Below are positions 59,301 through 64,000 of a DNA stretch of 64,000 nt, one piece after another (the stretch's first letter is position 1; every line of letters begins with the position of its first letter). The DNA is from Heterodontus francisci. Lineage: Eukaryota. The translations under genes were made by a program, and so were the position numbers. The stretch covers positions 64,948,429 to 65,012,428 of the forward strand of contig NC_090396.1 of the NCBI RefSeq assembly GCF_036365525.1. The letters run 5' to 3'. The notes under the pieces are model-generated. The model searched no databases. It saw only the letters and a program-made list of their open reading frames with translations, and was not told where the DNA came from.

Positions 59301-61734
59301 GCTGCTGCAGTCAAATAGCCCATCAACACTTGTTGCACAAGAACAACTGACTCCATAGAACCACATACTTGCTTGGAAATGGAGGGGGGGGGGGGAAATC
59401 AGCAAGGGGCTTTATGATTAATAATCCTGTGGTTTAAGGAATAGTAACGCATTTCCTTTTCTTTCACAGCCTCTCCTCCCCGCTCTGTGATACTGGACTG
59501 TCTTCATGTCAGCAGCATTGACTACACAATGGTGAATAGCTTACACGAACTGATCCAGACATTCCAACAGAAGAATGTCTCTCTACTGTTCTCTAATTTG
59601 CGGGTATGTACTCTCAATGCTTACACATCCTGTGATTTTTAATCGCTGCACCATTGGCGACCATGCCTGTGGAATTCCCTCTTTTTTTTTTTTTCCCTTG
59701 TGACCAAGCTTTGAGTGACCTGTCCTGATATCTCCTCCTGTGGCTTGACATCAAATTTTGTTTAATGAATAGCGCCTTGGGATAGTTTAGTACATTACAG
59801 GTGCTATATAAGTACAAGTTGTTGCAATGTTTTGAGTTCAATTCTCACAGCGAGATCTGGAAAATTAACATTCTTCTATTTCAGGCACCTGTTGCTAACA
59901 TCAAGCATTCCTCTGATCGGGTGCAATACAAATTACAGCCACTGTCTGCTCGGGTCTCTGACACCCCAGCACAGCTCTGAGGTAGTGCTGCACTGTTGGA
60001 GTTGTAATGTACATAAATGTAAATTGGATTATGCTGCTGGAGGGTGGGGGAAATGCCGTAACCTTCATTTTAGTACTATCTGTCTCTCAACTCCAAAAAT
60101 TCATATTGGAGCCAGGCAGAGTAACCATCTTTCTTTCCCACTTAGCCTAAGATTCTGTCGATCCTGACTTCAGCGGAGATTGAAGGACTGAGACACTTTG
60201 ACAGCACTGAGACTGCACTCCATCATCGACCTGGTAACTGCTCTCTCCATGGTTTTGGGGTTGTCCTAAGCCCTCTGTGTATGTGGTGGTGGGTTGGTTT
60301 GTATCGAGACCCTTGCAATGTGGAGAAATTAACACAAACTCGCGTCCTGCCAACTCATAGCTGCCTTTTATTCCAGCACTTAGCTCTGGCTCGTGGAGAG
60401 TTTGCTATTGTTGGGATGAGGGTGGAACTAGTTCTTCATTTTTGCTTCCTTTTATATCAGATTGCTGGATTAATTAGTCAATTTACAATCAACCTATAGA
60501 TAACCTGAGATAATTGAAGCTTTGTGAGTGAATGCTTCTTAAACCAGAAAACAAAAATTCCTCCTTTCTCTCTTTTTTTTTTGCTACCAGCCCCCACACA
60601 CCTTTCTCCCACCAAGACGGTGACTCGGGTGAGGTACAGCCCCCTCGTTCAGTACTTCCCTGTACTGGTCATTCTTTATGCAGGAGCCTGGACGTTGAGT
60701 GTCTGTCTGCAGAGGACCATCACTATCAAACCCAACTGTGCCCAATATCCCCTGGATTGCAGTCAGAAATGGGGATTCCTTTGCCTCACACAGCCAGTTA
60801 TAATTTAAGAACACACCACAGATAAAACCTGGGCTCTTTCTGGTCTGCCTTTTTGTACCATGTGCAACTCAGTGGGCAGTACTCTCTCTCTCTCTTTTGA
60901 TTCAGTAGGTTGTGGGTTCAAGTCCCACTCCAGAGATCAGCCCATTTAATCTAGGCTGACACTCCAGTGCTGCCCTGTTAGAGGTAACATCTTTTGGTTT
61001 GAGATGTTAAACTGAGGGCCTGTCTGCTCTCCTGGGTAGTTGTAAAAGATCCCATGACACTATTTTGAAGCATAGTAGGAGAGTTTCTACCCCCTCCCCA
61101 ACCTGTGTCCTGGTCAATATTTATCCTTCAACCAGCATTACTTTAAAAACCAGATGATCTGATCATTATCACATTGCTGTTTGTAGGAGCTTGCTATTCA
61201 CAAATTGGCTGCTATATTTCGGTACTTTGCATCAGTAACTACCCTTCAAAAGTACTTCATTGGCTGTAAAGTGCTTTTAGGATGCCTAGACATTGTAAAA
61301 GGTGTTATATAAATGCAAGTTTCCTCCTTCCCCATGGTGCAGCATAGCTACCCAGTCACTCGGGAGTTCTTGTCTTTATTTCCTTCCTCTCTTTAACATC
61401 TGTTCAATTTCTACAACGTGAGCTTTTACATTTTTAAAAAATGTTTCACTTTGTTTTTGAATGTACTTAACTATGTCAACAGCCTGTCACACAAGGTGAT
61501 GTAAAATAAATTTGAAACTAATATTTAATGGAAAGTGGCCAGAAACTAAGAGCTTCACAAAGCAGTAAACTAGCTGTGACTTGCCTGGTTAAAAGCTGGA
61601 TTCTGACAGGGCTACAAACCAAAATATGTGCTGAATAACTTTTTTTTTCTTTGCCCTCAGTAGATGACCACACACACGACCTGGATGAGAGTGAGAAACC
61701 TCTACTTAACAGGAATGAAAGATTTTACTCCTAG
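41185..61734 (+). CDS. SLC26A11: Sodium-independent sulfate/anion transporter SLC26A11, 16 coding exons; about 589 aa after correcting five 1-nt homopolymer indels; true start may be ATG 41006
   Basis: SLC26 motifs DLLAGVTVGLTVVPQALAYA, YGLYSSF, GTSKDITLGP, NQELLAIG, GSFGRTAVN and a STAS domain (ILDCLHVSSIDYT). All exons GT-AG. Confidence 0.92.
41581..42725 (+). mobile_element. DeuSINE split by a Penelope insertion
   Basis: 5' half at 41581-41760 and 3' half at 42596-42725. Confidence 0.7.
41761..42590 (+). mobile_element. Penelope-like 3' fragment: GIY-YIG remnant and terminal repeat, with an inverted partial repeat at its 5' end
   Basis: LVYCIHCSQCGHFYTGETKRRLGDCF; tcactta duplicated at both junctions. 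Confidence 0.83.
44038..44230 (+). CDS. SLC26A11: SLC26A11 coding exon 2
   Basis: YGLYSSFMGCFVYCLLGTSKDITLGPTAIMSLLV...AMGILQL; 193 nt. Confidence 0.95.
44525..44935 (+). mobile_element. DeuSINE
   Basis: Full head, core and tail. Confidence 0.75.
45402..45487 (+). CDS. SLC26A11: SLC26A11 coding exon 3
   Basis: GFLVDFISYPVIKGFTSSAALTIGFGQVK; 86 nt. Confidence 0.95.
46921..48275. mobile_element. Cluster of a tRNA SINE (+, 46921-47290) and a second SINE split by an inverted LINE-C 3' end (47560-48040)
   Basis: Similarity to the 11398 and 19445 copies. Confidence 0.75.
48444..48523 (+). CDS. SLC26A11: SLC26A11 coding exon 4
   Basis: NILGLHDIPRQFFREVYYTFYNLADS(R); 80 nt. Confidence 0.9.
49755..49897 (+). 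CDS. SLC26A11: SLC26A11 coding exon 5
   Basis: VGDLVLGMVCLFLLVLLKKMKNQLPEKSDHLPLLNRVCYAIVSFTGI; 143 nt. Confidence 0.92.
51045..51390 (-). mobile_element. LINE family C 3' end
   Basis: Same sequence as at 47570. Confidence 0.78.
51621..51958 (+). mobile_element. V-SINE (HE1-like)
   Basis: tRNA head with A/B boxes, V-domain tgtgtctgcgtgggttttctccgggtgctccggtttcctccca, and a CR1-like tail. Confidence 0.88.
52115..52290 (+). CDS. SLC26A11: SLC26A11 coding exon 6
   Basis: ARNAVVVVAASLVAYCFESQDQHTFTLTGKTARGLPPFRLPPFSDAASNGTVCFSEMVQ; 176 nt. Confidence 0.93.
52856..52927 (+). CDS. SLC26A11: SLC26A11 coding exon 7 (1-nt deletion as assembled)
   Basis: KFGAGLAVVPLVGFL[E]SIAIAKAF once one G is added at 52900; 72 nt where the phases need 73. 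Confidence 0.88.
52998..53345 (+). mobile_element. V-SINE (HE1-like), near-identical to the 51621 copy
   Basis: Same head, V-domain and tail. Confidence 0.88.
54144..54194 (+). CDS. SLC26A11: SLC26A11 coding exon 8
   Basis: ASQNDYRIDPNQELLAI; 51 nt. Confidence 0.93.
54941..55002 (+). CDS. SLC26A11: SLC26A11 coding exon 9 (1-nt insertion as assembled)
   Basis: GSTNILGSFLSS[Y]PVTGSFG(R) once one A is removed at 54977-54978. Confidence 0.88.
55407..55462 (+). CDS. SLC26A11: SLC26A11 coding exon 10
   Basis: TAVNSQTGVCSPAGGIAT; 56 nt. Confidence 0.92.
55627..55768 (+). CDS. SLC26A11: SLC26A11 coding exon 11 (one extra A in the terminal run)
   Basis: GVIVLLSLAFLTPLFFFVPKAALAAVIICAVSTVFDFRIIGRLWRVK; 142 nt where phase 1 needs 141. 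Confidence 0.9.
55982..56390 (+). mobile_element. DeuSINE
   Basis: gtcagctgtggctcagtggg head and Deu-like core. Confidence 0.75.
56582..56707 (+). CDS. SLC26A11: SLC26A11 coding exon 12 (two 1-nt deletions as assembled)
   Basis: KLDLLPFLASFLGCFWEIQYGILAGIALSG[I]ILLFNIAR[P]EIK; 126 nt where the phases need 128. Confidence 0.87.
56966..57085. repeat. CT-rich tandem repeat abutting the assembly gap
   Basis: ctctctcccctctttgtttttctctc units. Confidence 0.9.
57086..57285. other. Assembly gap (200 N) in SLC26A11 intron 12
   Basis: Run of N; exons on both sides are consecutive, so no coding exon appears to be lost. Confidence 0.99.
57574..57673 (+). CDS. SLC26A11: SLC26A11 coding exon 13 (start of STAS domain)
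   Basis: ISDYSMVVVQLQSGLNFPAVEHVRDLLYKHALE; 100 nt. Confidence 0.9.
57860..58400. mobile_element. CR1 fragments (+ then -)
   Basis: RKYFFTQRVMGVCNSLP. Confidence 0.75.
58430..58820 (+). mobile_element. LINE family C 3' end
   Basis: Tail gggcaatagatgctggccttgcc...cccatatccc. Confidence 0.75.
59470..59603 (+). CDS. SLC26A11: SLC26A11 coding exon 14 (STAS)
   Basis: ASPPRSVILDCLHVSSIDYTMVNSLHELIQTFQQKNVSLLFSNLR; 134 nt. Confidence 0.93.
60146..60233 (+). CDS. SLC26A11: SLC26A11 coding exon 15
   Basis: PKILSILTSAEIEGLRHFDSTETALHHRP|gtaact; 88 nt. Confidence 0.82.
60860..61325 (+). mobile_element. DeuSINE
   Basis: Head, core and tail aaaggtgttatataaatgcaag. Confidence 0.77.
61661..61734 (+). 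CDS. SLC26A11: SLC26A11 probable terminal coding exon
   Basis: Strong polypyrimidine acceptor (cag|tag, a NAGNAG), then VDDHTHDLDESEKPLLNRNERFYS*; phase fits exon 15. Confidence 0.7.
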
Positions 61735-63244
61735 TGGGAATGCATTACATTTAAGTGTTGGCTGCTCCACAGAACTGTTCAGGCCCATTAACAGTTGATG
61801 CAATGCATCAGCAAGCTCTGACTAGAGACCTGCTTCTTAAGTGAGAAAGGTGCAATACTGCATCCATTTGGATCAACTGAGGAGAGCAGGTCTTCGCTGA
61901 TATATCACCAGCATTGATCTAACTGACCCCTGAATGGTTTGGTGCTCCCTGTTAACGAGGACTGGAGAAATCTTTTTTGAACATCTTACAAACCTTTTCT
62001 ATTCGGTGTCTTCACTGATTTGTATTTTTCTTTTTTATTTAAATGTTAACTCATTGGTTTGTCTAGTATGTTTTTATATTTAATATAGTATTGAGCACTA
62101 ATCACTTTCATAATGATATGGAACTAATTAAAGAGGAGCCTTTGCTGAATGTCTGACATTGAGTGCCATCATTTAATAGCTCCGGATACAAGCTTTGGTG
62201 GTCAGATATTGAAGAATGGGTCTGCCTTTTGGAGAATGGGCGAGTGGAGGAACATTGCAACAAACAGCTACTGTTGGCTTGGGACAGGAAACCCACAGGT
62301 CTGAGATTCCACTCTCTTCGGTTAGAGATGTTCTAGATATTTACTCCTGGTCAGACTCAGCATAGTGTACTGCTCTACCCTCTACAAATCCTGTCAGTTT
62401 TCCATACTTGGTAAGAGTGCAATTTCTCTGTGCACTACAAGATTGCATAGAATCCAAACCCTTTCGTGTGGGTTTGGCTTCCATTTTATTTTAATCTTTA
62501 AATCACTATAAACATGAGCATGCATTTGCATGCCTGTGCTTTTTATTTTTGCACAGTGAGGTCTACCTGCACCCACCCCCCCACTTGAAATAGCCATTAA
62601 GTGTAGCCATCCTGCAGGTTGGTGAGAGGAGGCACAGTGCAGGAAAAATTCAAAACCTGACAGCTGCAGAATGAATTGTTTGCCCAACAGAGTAATTTGA
62701 AGGTCCAATGAACGTAGTGGAGCAATTGTTACTTGGAAAAGGGTAACGTAGACACTACACTTATTTAACTAGGATGACATCCTCGAGGTCTTGGAGCACT
62801 GACTGCTTTTTACTAGTTTGTGTCAGTAAATCAGTCAGACCAGCTAAAGGATTCTGCACTTTAATATCTAACTTAACATTGTGCCCTGAAGGAAATGTTT
62901 TGTCTATTGCAATGTGGGAAGTTTCACTGATTTAAGAGGTTTAGTTTTGTGATTTTTTTTTTTTTGTCAAGGCCCTTTATCTAATCTTTTTTTAAAAACC
63001 TAGTGTACACAAGGTGAAAGTGTCTGCATTGCACTGATCCTGTGTTAGCACAGGGCATCATTGGCACTGAGCAGGAACTTCAGATCGAGTGCCTTTGAAT
63101 ACTGCATGATAAATACTCCACCCCTCGTCACTAAATGTTAGAGTAAAACAAAATAAGCAGACTCTAGCCCCTGTAAATCAACAAATCTTTTATTATCGCA
63201 GTTGATTAAACTACTTTTGAAAGTACTCCTGGTGTTTCTGGACT

Positions 63245-63672
63245 CCAAGAGGTTGAGGAGATTACACTATTTAGGGTTGTATTCCCTGGAATTTAGAAGA
63301 TTTAAGGGATGATTTGATCGAAGCTCAAGATATTAAGGGGAACACAGAGAAAACTACTCTTTCTGCTGGTTGAGGAGTCCAGGACTAGGTAATAGCCTAA
63401 AAATTAGAGCTCGGACTTTCAGGAATGAAGTTGGGGAAACCCTTTTCTACGCACAAAGGGTGGTTAGAAGTTTGGAACTCCTTCCAAAAGCCAGTTACTG
63501 CTTGGTCAATTAATTTCAAATCTGAGATTGATAGCTTTCATTTAAGCAAAGGTATTGAGAGATATGGGGCAAAGGGTGGGTATAAGGAGTTAGGTCACAA
63601 ATCAGCCATAATCTCTCTGAATGGCATTACAGGCTCTGGACTAAATGGCTGCCTCCTGTTCCTATGTTCTAT
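63245..63672 (+). mobile_element. Degraded CR1 3' end
   Basis: ctggaatttagaagatttaagg...; tail ttcctatgttctatg. Confidence 0.7.
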
Positions 63673-64000
63673 GATCAGGATGGTGGGTGACTGGCTGGTC
63701 CTTTTTTTTTTCTTTGAGTTTTCTGTAACTGCATGCTATATATCAGTTTGTGGTTTTAGGAGGCACAAGAATGCTCTTCCATTTGAATGATATGAAATCA
63801 GCAGCCTGCTTAGGATTCCTTGCTCAGAGGTTAAATGCACAACACTATGAAAATAGCCCTGTGCATTTACCAGCCCCCTCCAGTGTGTCTGGCACGTGCT
63901 CTTCTGAAGCACAAGGAACATGTATCTGCTAATTGCAGTTTATATTGTTTTACGTCTAAACAGATTTTAGTAAGGGGAACTATGGAACTTCCTGATTGGT

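Overview
Vertebrate genomic DNA, very likely a cartilaginous fish (shark), judged from HE1/V-SINE, DeuSINE, CR1/HER1 and Penelope repeats and from a Gv-class G-alpha gene. Four protein-coding genes can be reconstructed from splice sites and translation. (1) The terminal coding exon of gnav1 (G-alpha-v, + strand, 7075-7265). (2) A complete two-exon neuropeptide B precursor, NPB (- strand, 15937-19107). (3) A complete eight-exon SGSH/sulfamidase (- strand, 29978-39663). (4) A 16-coding-exon SLC26A11 (+ strand, ~41185-61734), head-to-head with SGSH across a promoter with a perfect CLEAR motif. SLC26A11 and the SGSH C-terminus carry several 1-nt indels, all in homopolymer runs, which point to assembly error rather than pseudogenisation. 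The rest is dense, often nested, CR1, L2, RTE and Penelope retroelements, three SINE families, a MITE, minisatellites and a 200-N gap. Identifications come from recall of family sequences; no search was run, and repeat boundaries are approximate.
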